DNA from: Obrimoposthia wandeli
Taxonomy: Eukaryota
Assembly (NCBI GenBank): GCA_977020255.1
Contig: CDROCS010004653.1
Coordinates: 1 to 64,000 of the forward strand
Reading direction: 5' to 3'
Length of the DNA: 64,000 nt
Positions within the stretch are counted from its first letter, which is position 1. Each line of letters opens with the position of its first letter. The position numbers were made by a program, and so were the translations under genes. This document shows positions 1 to 10,150 of this stretch, one piece after another. Below the pieces are notes generated by a model. That model was not told the DNA's origin. It saw only the letters and a list, made by a program, of their open reading frames with translations, and did not search any database.

Positions 1-180
1 AAGCAACAAAAAGATTGTCGGAACTATTTCAATACCGAGTAATATTTTATTTAACATTGATATTTTCATTATATAATTGGCTCGTTACCTACCTTCGTGA
101 ATACCCAGTAGCTGTATTTAATTTTGACTGCCTGCGCTAACCTTCCTTTATTTTACTGCACGAAAACCAGCAACCGGCGC

Positions 181-1371
181 TCAAAAATTACCCACATAAT
201 TGGCGCGTTTTTGGAAATTAATCAGCACCACTAAAATAATAGAGCCCAACAACATCACAGCACCAGATAAGTATAAGCCAATATTATAATTGCCGTAATG
301 CTCAGCTAAAATACCAGTGCAAATAGGCGCAACAATTTGTGAAACACCATAAGCTAATGTCATTTTCCCCATAAACTTGGCGGGGTTACTGGGATAAAAC
401 TGCCCTGCCATCGTCAATACTAAGCTAACGCAAGCGACGAAAGTGCCTCCAAATAATACCGCACTTAACATGATCACCGCTAAATGATCACTTAAGCTCG
501 GCAACACAATACCAACAATTTGTAAGCAGTAAGCAAAAAATAAACTCTTTAAAAAGCCTATTCTTCTAGCGATTAAATCCCACACTATCACCGCAGGTAT
601 TGCAGCCATACCAACGATAACAAAGATAAGCTGCCCCTTACCTTCTAACGCAGCTAAGCCTTCTACTATATCAACGATAAAGGTGGCGCTTACAACATAA
701 CCATAGCCTGCACAAAAATAAGCAGCCAGTAATAATACAGTGAACTGTTTGCCCGGTGGATTATCTTTTATGACAGTTGAATGGTGCGATTTTTTATTGA
801 GATCAGGGTGTGGCATCCACTGCCAAGCAGGGATACTGAATAACAATGCCAATGCCGCAAAAGTAAGCCATTGGTATTGCCAGTTAACACCGTAAAAGGT
901 GAGCAACTCCACCAGCAAGGCAGCAAACATAATGCTGATACCAATGCCTGAAAAGTGGATACCCAGTTCAGGGCGATGTTTGTTATGGACTAACCATTTT
1001 AGAATTAAGCCGGACGCTAAAATAAGCCCTGCTGAAGCGCAAACCCCTGCGACAAAGCGCAACATAGACCAAATAATGATATCCGTGGTAAGCATCATGC
1101 CCGCGGTACTGAGCACGCCAAATATTAAGTAAATACGATACAAAATAAATTTATAGTTGAGATTGTTTAGGTTCGATGCCAGCAGCACTCCTGCCATATA
1201 CCCTAAATAGTTTGAGGTTGCTAACCAGCCACCGACACTTTCGCTAATACCGGCTTGTTCCTGCATGATAGGCAATAACGATGTATAAGAAAAACGCGCG
1301 ACACCGACGGTCACAATCAAGCTACAAATTCCTGCTAGATACACTTTTGCTCTTGATAATTTATCTTGCAT
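181..1371 (-). CDS. MFS transporter (YbfB/YjiJ-like)
   Basis: 396 aa with about 12 hydrophobic segments; N-terminal GVARFSYTSLLP, NYLGYMAG and LRFVAG motifs typical of this MFS group. Confidence 0.85.
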   Translation of the reverse strand: MQDKLSRAKVYLAGICSLIVTVGVARFSYTSLLPIMQEQAGISESVGGWLATSNYLGYMAGVLLASNLNNLNYKFILYRIYLIFGVLSTAGMMLTTDIIIWSMLRFVAGVCASAGLILASGLILKWLVHNKHRPELGIHFSGIGISIMFAALLVELLTFYGVNWQYQWLTFAALALLFSIPAWQWMPHPDLNKKSHHSTVIKDNPPGKQFTVLLLAAYFCAGYGYVVSATFIVDIVEGLAALEGKGQLIFVIVGMAAIPAVIVWDLIARRIGFLKSLFFAYCLQIVGIVLPSLSDHLAVIMLSAVLFGGTFVACVSLVLTMAGQFYPSNPAKFMGKMTLAYGVSQIVAPICTGILAEHYGNYNIGLYLSGAVMLLGSIILVVLINFQKRANYVGNF

Positions 1372-1418
1372 CTACTTACCTGTTAACTCCAAACTTAGCG
1401 GTGATTATTAACCTAATA

Positions 1419-1564
1419 TATTGCTGTCCGGTTAAAAAATTAAGCTTCCTAACCTATTTGTGGTTTTTCTATATGGGAAAAGCCGGTAACTTTTTAGAAG
1501 GGAGTTTTCCCTTAACGTAAAATCAATGAAGGTAAGAGCAACAAAAATAAACCGGACACTAATG
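1419..1564 (-). mobile_element. MITE family 1, diverged copy in reverse orientation
   Basis: Begins TATTGCTGTCCGGTTAAAAAAT and ends AAATAAACCGGACACTAATG, the reverse complement of the copies at 3585, 6012, 6257, 7556 and 14709; 146 bp with small internal deletions; no target duplication visible. Confidence 0.85.
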
Positions 1565-1688
1565 ACAATATATTGATTATTTTAATAATAACAGCTTTGC
1601 GCGATAAATTATAAAATGTTTATCTAGAGGTCTACTCTATCTTGAAAACAATAAATTATAAATTAATGAAAGATATCAAAAACGACTA

Positions 1689-2081
1689 TTATTGATTTTC
1701 GCCATTATAAAGAGAATCTACAGCAGAGTTTTTATTTAATGCTACTGCAAGATTATCGAACAAATTTTTTGCCAAATAATGATGAAAGTCCACTAACACT
1801 TGCTCCATTTCAACCAGCGTTCCAGCTGTGTTATAACAACTCAGCGCCGCTTGTTGTAAGCGCTCACAAATGGCTTTGTCTTCAGCTAAAGATTTTTCTT
1901 CAACTAGGGGCTTCATTTGAGCTAAAAGCTCCTTTTTAGCTAACGGCTTCCTTTGAGCTATGGGCTTTTTTACCTCTGTTGATGGCTGTTCAGTCGGCTT
2001 AATCAAGCTTTGCGCCCATACCACTGCCCATACTGAGCCGACAATCAAAGCGGTTAAAATCACCGATTTCAACATATTCAT
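1689..2081 (-). CDS. Hypothetical protein with N-terminal hydrophobic/signal segment
   Basis: 130-aa ORF, hydrophobic N-terminus then charged helical region; no family recognised. Confidence 0.55.
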   Translation of the reverse strand: MNMLKSVILTALIVGSVWAVVWAQSLIKPTEQPSTEVKKPIAQRKPLAKKELLAQMKPLVEEKSLAEDKAICERLQQAALSCYNTAGTLVEMEQVLVDFHHYLAKNLFDNLAVALNKNSAVDSLYNGENQ

Positions 2082-2427
2082 AATTTCTCTCGTATAACCG
2101 TTTTGTGATAACTGCTTAAGTGCATAGCAATGCCTAACGTAATCTGTCGCTACTTTTTAAGTTTTTGTTTTCGCTAATATAGGTAAAAAATATTTATTGT
2201 CAATTAAGACAACAAACTATTTTTAAACACATTAACTGATTTATAGATGCGAGGACAGCACACAACAGTTGCTGCTTTTAAGCAAAAACTAAATAGTGAA
2301 TTGCTTAGCAGTGCAAAAGCTCAGATAATAGCGCTTATTCTATCGTCGTTTGATGCATGCCTTAGTATAGGTTTCGCTAATTAAATAATCGACATAACAA
2401 ACTCAGTGCTATTAAAGAGAATCTTTT

Positions 2428-2556
2428 ATGCCTAATATTTCAAAAATCTTATTGATTGCTTGTTTCACCTTTACCCTTGCTGGGTGCAGTACAATTGAAG
2501 GCATTGGTAAAGATTTGAAGAAAGGCGGGCAAGCAATTCAAGACGCTACTAAATAA
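2428..2556 (+). CDS. Entericidin A/B family lipoprotein (not in ORF track)
   Basis: Translates MPNISKILLIACFTFTLAGCSTIEGIGKDLKKGGQAIQDATK*; lipobox LAGC followed by the entericidin-type TxxGxGKDxxxGGxAI pattern. Confidence 0.85.
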   Translation: MPNISKILLIACFTFTLAGCSTIEGIGKDLKKGGQAIQDATK

Positions 2557-2618
2557 TGAACCTATAACCTACAAAGCCATTTATTAATTTGAGAACGAAC
2601 TAATAAGAGCGACCTATC

Positions 2619-3590
2619 ATGACAGTTACCCCACCATTTCGTTTTAGACGTTTACGCCGTACCCAAGTATTACGCGATTTAACTCGCCAAATACACTTAT
2701 CTGCAAATGACTTTATTTTGCCGCTATTTATTGAAGAAAATATCACGCAAGAAGTGGCGATTGAAAGTATGCCAGGTGTGAGTAGAATTCCTGAAAGCCA
2801 GCTTGCTGAACGCGTGCAACAAGTTTGGAATAACGGTATTAAAGCCATCATTTTATTTGGTGTATCTCATCATAAAGATGATAGCGGATCAGATAGCTGG
2901 GATGACGAAGGATTATTATCGCGCTGCATTAAAATAGCTAAGCAAGCAGTACCTGATATGCTGGTAATCAGTGATAACTGCTTTTGTGAATACACCGATC
3001 ACGGCCATTGCGGCGTAGTGGTTAACGACGATGTAGATAATGATTTAACCTTAGCTAATTTACAAAGACAAGTGATTAGCAGTGCTAAAGCCGGTGTCGA
3101 TATGATCGCTCCCTCTGGCATGATGGATGGCATGATTGCTGCTATACGCCAAGCATTAGACAGCGAAGGTTTTCAACATATACCTATCATGAGCTACTCA
3201 ACCAAATTCGCCTCTGCCTTTTATGGCCCATTTCGCGAAGCCGTTGATTCAAGCTTTAAAGGCACACGTAATACCTATCAGCAGGACCCCGCTAATCCAA
3301 GGGAAGCGCTTGCTGAATCAATGCAAGATGAAGCAGAAGGCGCTGACATTTTGATGGTAAAACCCGGTTTAGCCTATTTAGATGTGATTGCCAATATCAA
3401 AGATCACAGCTCTCTGCCAATAGCGGTTTACCAAGTTAGTGGTGAATACGCGATGATTAAAGCCGCCTCGGCTGCCGGTGTCATCGATGAGAAAGCAATC
3501 GTGCTTGAAACTATGACCGCATTTAAACGTGCAGGTTGTGATTTAATTATTACCTATTTCGCCGAAGATTTAGTGAAGTGGATTCATTAG
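2619..3590 (+). CDS. hemB: Porphobilinogen synthase (Zn-binding type)
   Basis: RFRRLRR N-terminus, CFCEYTDHGHCG Zn site, SGMMDG, FYGPFREA, MVKPG and YQVSGEYAMIKAA motifs. Confidence 0.97.
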   Translation: MTVTPPFRFRRLRRTQVLRDLTRQIHLSANDFILPLFIEENITQEVAIESMPGVSRIPESQLAERVQQVWNNGIKAIILFGVSHHKDDSGSDSWDDEGLLSRCIKIAKQAVPDMLVISDNCFCEYTDHGHCGVVVNDDVDNDLTLANLQRQVISSAKAGVDMIAPSGMMDGMIAAIRQALDSEGFQHIPIMSYSTKFASAFYGPFREAVDSSFKGTRNTYQQDPANPREALAESMQDEAEGADILMVKPGLAYLDVIANIKDHSSLPIAVYQVSGEYAMIKAASAAGVIDEKAIVLETMTAFKRAGCDLIITYFAEDLVKWIH

Positions 3591-3737
3591 TGTCCGGTTT
3601 AATTTTTGTTGTTGTTTAACTCACTGATTTTACGCTAACCACCAGAATTACTTGTCTGAAAAAGACCCATTAACTATGTTATAAAATCACAAATCAATGT
3701 GGTTAGAGAGCTTACACTTTTTAACCAGACAGCAATG
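3585..3737 (+). mobile_element. MITE family 1 copy overlapping the hemB stop codon
   Basis: CATTAGTGTCCGGTTTAA...TTTTTAACCAGACAGCAATG, 153 bp; 9-bp flanks AAGTGGATT / AAATGGATT (8/9 match). Confidence 0.92.
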
Positions 3738-4161
3738 AAATGGATTAACGAATAACTCACCTAATGTGATGATTGAATGATCGTATGCGCGGTTATTCAA
3801 TTCATTGCGATTATCGCTAAATACCGATCTGTCATTGAGTAATCAAATTGCACACTCGATTGAGCGCCACCAGCTGAAATCACACTTGAATCTAACAATT
3901 GTGTAAGCGCTACCGGATTTTTTCGATGCCAGTAACGACTAAAAACGAAAATTTCTGATCTGCACCTTTCTCGCACTGACTTTCGTGATTCAGTATTATT
4001 CTTCATGAACCAGTAACCTTTGTTAATTTTGTGCAGCCTCGACTTTACCTAAAACTAAGCATAGGTTGCTATTTAAAGCCATTAATATTGGTATTAGGGT
4101 TTTTCTAAGATAGAATCTTGAAGTAAGGTTAAATAGCTTATGATGTACCAAAGGGGGATCA

Positions 4162-4929
4162 ATGGTTAATTTAAATATGAAGTACATTTTTATACCAATT
4201 GCGCTTATATTCTTGGTTATCGCTCAACCTAAACTAGAGGCCAGAGAATTCAAAATAGTTGGAACGCCTGAAATCCCCTACAGGTTTATAGAAAAAGGAA
4301 CGTCCCATGTTCAAGGTATTGATATTGATATTATGAAGATGGTAATGGAGGAGCTAAATTTACCTTACAATATAAGTTTAATTAATTCTGGAAGCAGGAT
4401 TATTAAAGAAGCTAAAGATGGAAAAGTTGATATGGTACTCAGTTTTTCTAGAAAATCAGATAGAAGCTATTTGCTGTACCCAAAAGCATCGTATAAAAAA
4501 TTAGACTGGAATTTTTTTATTCGCAAAAAAAATACTGGCAAAATTATTTTCAATAACTTCAGTGATTTAAAAGGCCTAGTAGTTGGAGCCACGCAAGACT
4601 GGTCATACACCCCACAATTTTGGAAAGCGGGGTTAAATTTAAGTGTACTGACAAATAATAATTTACACCTGCAGATGTTATATCTTGGAAGAATTGATAC
4701 AGTACCTCTCAATACAGTGTCTGCTCTTTATGAGATAAAGAAAAACGGGTACTCAGAAGAAATAACATTCCTTCCTAAATCATTAAAATCAAAGCCTTAT
4801 TATAATGCCTTCGTCGCGGCTTCTAGCTACCCCAACAAAGAAGAGCTGCGCCGACAGTATGACGAAGTACTTTATCGCATGATACATGAAGGTACAGTAC
4901 AAAAAGTATTTGATAAATATTTGAATTGA
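4162..4929 (+). CDS. Periplasmic substrate-binding protein, family 3 (stand-alone)
   Basis: Signal peptide, PYRF...GIDIDIMK, GKVDMV and GRIDT motifs; no adjacent permease or ATPase. Confidence 0.8.
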   Translation: MVNLNMKYIFIPIALIFLVIAQPKLEAREFKIVGTPEIPYRFIEKGTSHVQGIDIDIMKMVMEELNLPYNISLINSGSRIIKEAKDGKVDMVLSFSRKSDRSYLLYPKASYKKLDWNFFIRKKNTGKIIFNNFSDLKGLVVGATQDWSYTPQFWKAGLNLSVLTNNNLHLQMLYLGRIDTVPLNTVSALYEIKKNGYSEEITFLPKSLKSKPYYNAFVAASSYPNKEELRRQYDEVLYRMIHEGTVQKVFDKYLN

Positions 4930-5019
4930 AATTTGCTGTCTAACACTTCTCTGCATACTGCTCACTTTTTGTTTATCTGTGTGCGCAATATTGTTTAGAT
5001 AACTCAAGTTTCTAAGTAG

Positions 5020-5176
5020 TTCTCATCCAGAAACGGGGCCGTAACGAGGGCGTCTCAATGGTTCAAGATGTGTGCTACTAGATATGGGCGTTTGGTCATT
5101 CCAAATAACTATATCTAGTGGTGCTCAGATTGATCCAGTGAGCCGGTCGCAGTAGGCATCAGTTTCTGGATGGGAA
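5020..5176 (+). mobile_element. MITE/hairpin repeat family 2, copy A
   Basis: 157 bp; terminal IR TTCTCATCCAGAAAC / GTTTCTGGATGGGAA; flanked by direct repeat CTAAGTAG (5012-5019 and 5177-5184); about 81% identical without gaps to the reverse complement of 17844-18000. Confidence 0.88.
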
Positions 5177-5189
5177 CTAAGTAGAGCCT

Positions 5190-5948
5190 TTATTGTAGGT
5201 TGTATTTGATGAGTAGAGTTTCAAGATAATTTTCTGCATTTAAAGCCCTCAACGCTTTGTCTAATTTTGATACCATTTTGGTCACTCTATCTTTGCTCTT
5301 GCTATCTGGCGTAAAAGCTAAATACACCTTTTGTGCTGGTAAGCACCCTACGGATTGGATGGAATCAACTAGGTCATTATTATTGATGTAATCTCTCATA
5401 GAATAGTAGGTCATCAATACCGCTTCAGCGCGACCTGCTATTAGCATACTGGTAGTTTGATCTAAGAAGTCACTTGTAAATGGTCTTGCGTCAAATTCGG
5501 CTTTACCTTTATATTCAACTAACACTTCAGGGAGTGCATCTTGCAGATAAATAATCCTTTTCCCTACCACAGATGCAGGCTTATCATATCTCCAAATATT
5601 TTCTTTTAGTGCAAAAAAACAAAAGCGCTGTGTTCCGATTTCAACATTTGGATACACAAGACCAGGAGCTTCGTTTTTAGCTGGCGCTAAAAGAGCATCT
5701 GAAAATCCTGAAGTTACATTCCAGATACTTCTGGACCATGGGTAGGGCTTGAAACTTGCTTCATACCCCGCTTTTTTAAGTGCAGCATCGGCAAATTCTA
5801 CCAACAGACCTGGACGCTTTTTATCTTCTACGCAAATGAATGGGCACCAATCCGTTGTTGCTACATTGACAGTTTCTGCTGATACTATTACGGATGTTCC
5901 TACTGTAAGGAAAACTAAAAGTAACCTGTACTTTAATAGTATTTTCAT
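5190..5948 (-). CDS. Periplasmic substrate-binding protein, family 3 (stand-alone)
   Basis: Signal peptide, DWCPF...GLLVEF, PWSRS and GRAEA motifs. Confidence 0.8.
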   Translation of the reverse strand: MKILLKYRLLLVFLTVGTSVIVSAETVNVATTDWCPFICVEDKKRPGLLVEFADAALKKAGYEASFKPYPWSRSIWNVTSGFSDALLAPAKNEAPGLVYPNVEIGTQRFCFFALKENIWRYDKPASVVGKRIIYLQDALPEVLVEYKGKAEFDARPFTSDFLDQTTSMLIAGRAEAVLMTYYSMRDYINNNDLVDSIQSVGCLPAQKVYLAFTPDSKSKDRVTKMVSKLDKALRALNAENYLETLLIKYNLQ

Positions 5949-6011
5949 AGAACCCCCTAAAAAATATTTATTGTTAAGTAGCTAGAGTATCAATTTTTTA
6001 ACATATCTAAT

Positions 6012-6164
6012 CATTAGTGTCCGGTTTAATTTTTGTTGCTCTCTAACTCATTGATTTTAAGTTAACGGCAAATACTCTTTAGCTAAAAAATATCTATTTA
6101 TCCATGATAGAAAACCACAAATCAATGAGTTAGAGGGCTTACATTTTTTAACCAGACAGCAATG
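6012..6164 (+). mobile_element. MITE family 1 copy
   Basis: 153 bp with the same termini; perfect 9-bp target duplication ATATCTAAT (6003-6011 and 6165-6173). Confidence 0.95.
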
Positions 6165-6256
6165 ATATCTAATCAAAAATAGCCTTAATAAAGTATGCCA
6201 AGCTGGAGGGGCAATTAAAACGAGCTAATTATGGAGAAATGATCATGTTACTGAGT

Positions 6257-6407
6257 CATTAGTGTCCGGTTTAATTTTTGTTGTTCTGTAAGTCATTGAT
6301 TTCACGTTAACCACAAGTATTATTTGGCTAAAAAAACCAATTATCTATGCTAGTAACCCACAAATCAATGGGTTAGAGAGCTTACACTTTTTAACCGGAC
6401 AGCAATG
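6257..6407 (+). mobile_element. MITE family 1 copy
   Basis: 151 bp with the same termini; flanks TTACTGAGT / TTATTTAAC match only 5/9. Confidence 0.92.
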
Positions 6408-6631
6408 TTATTTAACTTAACACATCAGTAACATTAAGCGGGTGCTTGAATACTAACTCTAATTAGTAATGTATGAGGATCTGCAGGGACTTGAGGTAGT
6501 AATTGGCTAAGAGCGGTGGTTTTGTAATAGCCTAAAAATACCTTTAATAATCAGGGAGTGATACCTATCCTGAAAGAGGGAATATACCTAGATTTCCTGA
6601 TGCAATCAAATTGAAGGTATTGGGCCAAACC

Positions 6632-7354
6632 TTACTGATTTTTTTTGTTATTAGACATTGCCGCAATAAATTCAGATCGTATCTTCTCTATGAGGCCTTC
6701 CTGTTGCATCTTTTTTAGCACCTCCACTAGTTTTGGAAGCAGGTGGGCATTTTTTTTATGAATGTAATGAAAAAGTGGATATGTTTGGAGCACACTTTGA
6801 TATAGCGGTACTTTTTGCGTCGCAATGAAATTTAGCATAAGAGGAATACTAGTAATACGAGCAATAATAATCATATCGCATCTGTTTTTTCGGAGCATGC
6901 CAAAAAGCTGAGAGTTTAAACTTACGGATTGAGCTTTAATATTACTTAAACCAGCTTCTGCAAACTTCACTCCATGTCTAAAGCAAGTTCGGTGGAGAGC
7001 CAGATCGTCCCATTTTTTGATGGATATATTTTTCTTCTTTGTGATCGCTATGCCCTCCAATTTACCAATAGGGACAGGAACCATAATTAAATTTTTATAC
7101 TTAAATTGCATATTTTTAATTCTATAAAGCTCTCCATCAGCAGTTCCCATGTTTGCAGCAAGAATGGCTCTTTCGGCGGGGAGGCTTATCACAAACATAT
7201 CAATCCCCAAGCGATCATACGCAACTCGCATCACATGTTCACTAATAGTCGCGTAAGATGACTTTTCGATAGTGGTAAATCTCATCAAATTCTGAGCCTG
7301 TAAAAATCCTGAGCTTAGAGTTAATGTGAAAATTGCCATTTTTAGAAAATTCAT
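6632..7354 (-). CDS. Periplasmic substrate-binding protein, family 3-like (stand-alone)
   Basis: Signal peptide, LPAERAIL..ANMGTADGELYRI and YPLFHYIHKKN motifs. Confidence 0.75.
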   Translation of the reverse strand: MNFLKMAIFTLTLSSGFLQAQNLMRFTTIEKSSYATISEHVMRVAYDRLGIDMFVISLPAERAILAANMGTADGELYRIKNMQFKYKNLIMVPVPIGKLEGIAITKKKNISIKKWDDLALHRTCFRHGVKFAEAGLSNIKAQSVSLNSQLFGMLRKNRCDMIIIARITSIPLMLNFIATQKVPLYQSVLQTYPLFHYIHKKNAHLLPKLVEVLKKMQQEGLIEKIRSEFIAAMSNNKKNQ

Positions 7355-7555
7355 TACTACTCCGTTCTGAGTTTAAATTAGGCAAAAAATTAGAAAACTA
7401 AAGTTTGGAATCAACCCCTTTTATTTTATGGGTACGTAGTGAATCAGTATAACTTGTTTCATAATAAAAATAGGCTATGCTCTCTTCAAGTGTGACTGGA
7501 GAAACAACAATATCAAAAGAACAGAATCTAACATTGAACTTTCTTTAATTACAAT

Positions 7556-7708
7556 CATTAGTGTCCGGTTTAATTTTTGTTGCTCTCTAACTCATTGATT
7601 TTACGTTAACGGAAAATACTCCTTAGCTAAAAAATATCTATTTTTCCAAGATAGAAAGCCACAAATCAATGAGTTAGAGGGCTTACATTTTTTAACCGGA
7701 CAGCAATG
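7556..7708 (+). mobile_element. MITE family 1 copy
   Basis: 153 bp; perfect 9-bp target duplication AATTACAAT (7547-7555 and 7709-7717). Confidence 0.95.
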
Positions 7709-8007
7709 AATTACAATGCTTTAATGACCAAGCGTTATCAATACAAAGTACAAGTTTCTACAATTGGTATATTTTGATGGTAATTTAAATTTTCCTATCC
7801 ACTAGTTATAAAGTAGCACTATTTAAAGGGACATAACAAAAATCATTTTAAACTATAGTACAATAGAATAGCGGCCGTACTTTGAAGTTGTGAGTAAGCA
7901 CAAAAAACTACCTTGATTTGCTATAGATATTGGGGTAATCAAAATATACAGTAAAATTACTAAGGTATAAGTGAGCCAACTAAATTTTATTTTATAGGAG
8001 TCATACA

Positions 8008-8769
8008 ATGTTGAACTCTTCATCAATAAAGGTAATGATTATTTCACTTAGCATGACTATATTTTGCAGTGCTGCATTCTCAAAAGAAAAAGTAACCATG
8101 CTCACCACTAACCATCTTCCTCTTAATTATTTAGAAAATAACATACTCAAAGGGCCATCTGTAGATATCGTCCGAAAAATTATACAAAAATTAAATCTAA
8201 AAGATGAAATTAAAGTATATCCATGGATTAGAGCTTATAAACTGATAAAAAAAGATGTAAATATCGGGTTGTTTTCAACAGTCAGGAACGAAGAAAGAGA
8301 AAAAGCATTCAAATGGGTAGGCCCATTAGCTGAGAAATCATATTCATTATATGCAAAAGACGATTCAAAGATAACAATTACAGATCTTAAAGACGCCAAA
8401 CAATACACTGTCGGGGTGTTGAAAGAGTCGGCTACTGATTATTTCCTTAGATCTGAAGGTTTTAAAAATGTAGAATCTGTATTATCCCCTAAGCAGAACT
8501 TGGAAATACTAATGGGAGGTAGATCAGATTTATGGTATACGAGCAGCGCCACATTAGCGGCAACTTCGAAATTATTAAATATACAACCTGATGAAATAAA
8601 AGAAATATACGTAATTAAAAAAGCAAAACTCTACATTGCTTTTAATAATAAAACCTCCGATGAGGTTATAAAATTATGGCAAGATGCTTACGACGATCTA
8701 TACGAAAGTGGCGTTGTTAAAGAGATATTCAAGAAGTATAGTTTAGAGTTTTTATATCCTAGTTATTAA
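8008..8769 (+). CDS. Periplasmic substrate-binding protein, family 3 (stand-alone)
   Basis: Signal peptide, PLNY...GPSVDIV, PWIRAY, RNEEREKAFKWVGPL and LYIAFN motifs. Confidence 0.85.
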   Translation: MLNSSSIKVMIISLSMTIFCSAAFSKEKVTMLTTNHLPLNYLENNILKGPSVDIVRKIIQKLNLKDEIKVYPWIRAYKLIKKDVNIGLFSTVRNEEREKAFKWVGPLAEKSYSLYAKDDSKITITDLKDAKQYTVGVLKESATDYFLRSEGFKNVESVLSPKQNLEILMGGRSDLWYTSSATLAATSKLLNIQPDEIKEIYVIKKAKLYIAFNNKTSDEVIKLWQDAYDDLYESGVVKEIFKKYSLEFLYPSY

Positions 8770-9448
8770 CCAGCTGTTTACTTAAAATACATTCAATAAT
8801 AATTCCTTAACGTATTAAATACTTACCTCTATAGTCACCGCAACAAAAAATTACTCGCTATGTTCATTTAGTAGCTCGTGCTCATTTTGTAACGAAGATA
8901 TTTTTATTTATTTCTTTGTCTCTATACTTTTTATAGGTAATTTTTCATCAATTTATGTGCGTATTTTAGATGTTGTTGATTATGAAAAAGCATAGTTTGG
9001 TATTATTGTGACAAGGGCTATTTTTACTACCAGTAATATGCCAGATAGACGAGACTGTTATCCTGACTATAATATTAGCAATGGGTTTAGTAGTTACACT
9101 CCACTTTTATTATCCCTAGATCTATTACTATTTTTCATCGCAAACTTTGTGATTATTTAAATATAAAATTTTTCCTAAGACACCTCATTTAATAGTTTCG
9201 AATTGCATTCGGCTATAACGACTATACGGCCACTGATTCGCATGGGCGCAAATCATAAACCCAACCTCTTACTATAAATCCCGGCTTAATTGAGATTACA
9301 TTTCACCTTTGACCAGCAGTGAGTCGGGCTGATGATAATTACTACCTGGTTTCCAATACACATAACTATGTTGACAATATTATCATAATCCCAATTATAA
9401 ATTGACTTTAAAGCGAGTTTTATCATATATTGTCGACAATATAATTTT

Positions 9449-10150
9449 TTGGTTACTAGTATGTGGTATGATTTATTTGGTTCAATCAATACAATTTTAA
9501 TCTTTGTAAGCTTGTACGGGATTTTTTTACAACTAAATAATATATGGTTGCGAAAAAGAAATAATAATACAAAAGTAACCGATGTACTGTCTCAAAATCA
9601 GTTTACAATGAGCTTCTTAGCTTATTTTTCCTTTTTTATATACGGTTACAGTCTCGATGACTTCAATCATTATATCGTTTGGCCTAGACTTATCGCTTCG
9701 TTAATTGTGGCCGTCATATTATTTGAAATTTGGATGGATAGAAAATCGAACAGCTCTCTTGCTTGTATGCTGTTTAGTGTTCTTTGCTTCGTTCTTGGAG
9801 TCTTAGGACTGCTTTTTTACAGTGAGTATTCAAGCCAGAGTAAAAATATTTCTACTGCACTCATCGTTATCATTACGGCACTATTAGCTCAAGGGTATAT
9901 ACATCAAATAAAATTAATACTCAATTCAGGAAAAACTGGCGCTATAGACATTAGAATGAGTCAATTCATTTTCATGATGGACATCTCCACGATAGCTTTT
10001 GCTATGGCCATGGGAATGAACGAAGGGTGGCCGTTAATGTTGCTTGCTGTAGTGAGCGGAATAACGAAAATAATTATTATGTATTTATTTAGATGGGTAC
10101 GCTTAAGCTCTGCCGCAGAGAACCAACGCTTAAACGGTAAAATTAATTGA
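9449..10150 (+). CDS. Integral membrane protein with two PQ-loop/SemiSWEET-like repeats (likely start MWYD)
   Basis: About 7 TM segments; repeated xQ-helix then T..(L/I)(S/D) unit (FLQLNNIW...TDVLS and IHQIKLI...TGAID). Confidence 0.55.
   Translation: MVTSMWYDLFGSINTILIFVSLYGIFLQLNNIWLRKRNNNTKVTDVLSQNQFTMSFLAYFSFFIYGYSLDDFNHYIVWPRLIASLIVAVILFEIWMDRKSNSSLACMLFSVLCFVLGVLGLLFYSEYSSQSKNISTALIVIITALLAQGYIHQIKLILNSGKTGAIDIRMSQFIFMMDISTIAFAMAMGMNEGWPLMLLAVVSGITKIIIMYLFRWVRLSSAAENQRLNGKIN

Noticed and set aside
1281-1520. 79-aa ORF
   Set aside because: Antisense to the MFS start and runs through a MITE; no recognisable protein features
3797-4006. 69-aa minus-strand ORF
   Set aside because: No recognisable motif; may be a decayed gene but I cannot support a call
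6470-6560. Possible IS end remnant after the 6257 MITE
   Set aside because: No partner inverted repeat or transposase fragment could be identified
6012-7708. Composite transposon of two MITEs carrying the SBP gene
   Set aside because: The 6012 and 7556 copies each have their own perfect target duplication, indicating independent insertions
9286-9489. 67-aa minus-strand ORF
   Set aside because: Overlaps the start of the membrane protein gene on the opposite strand; AT-rich, no motif
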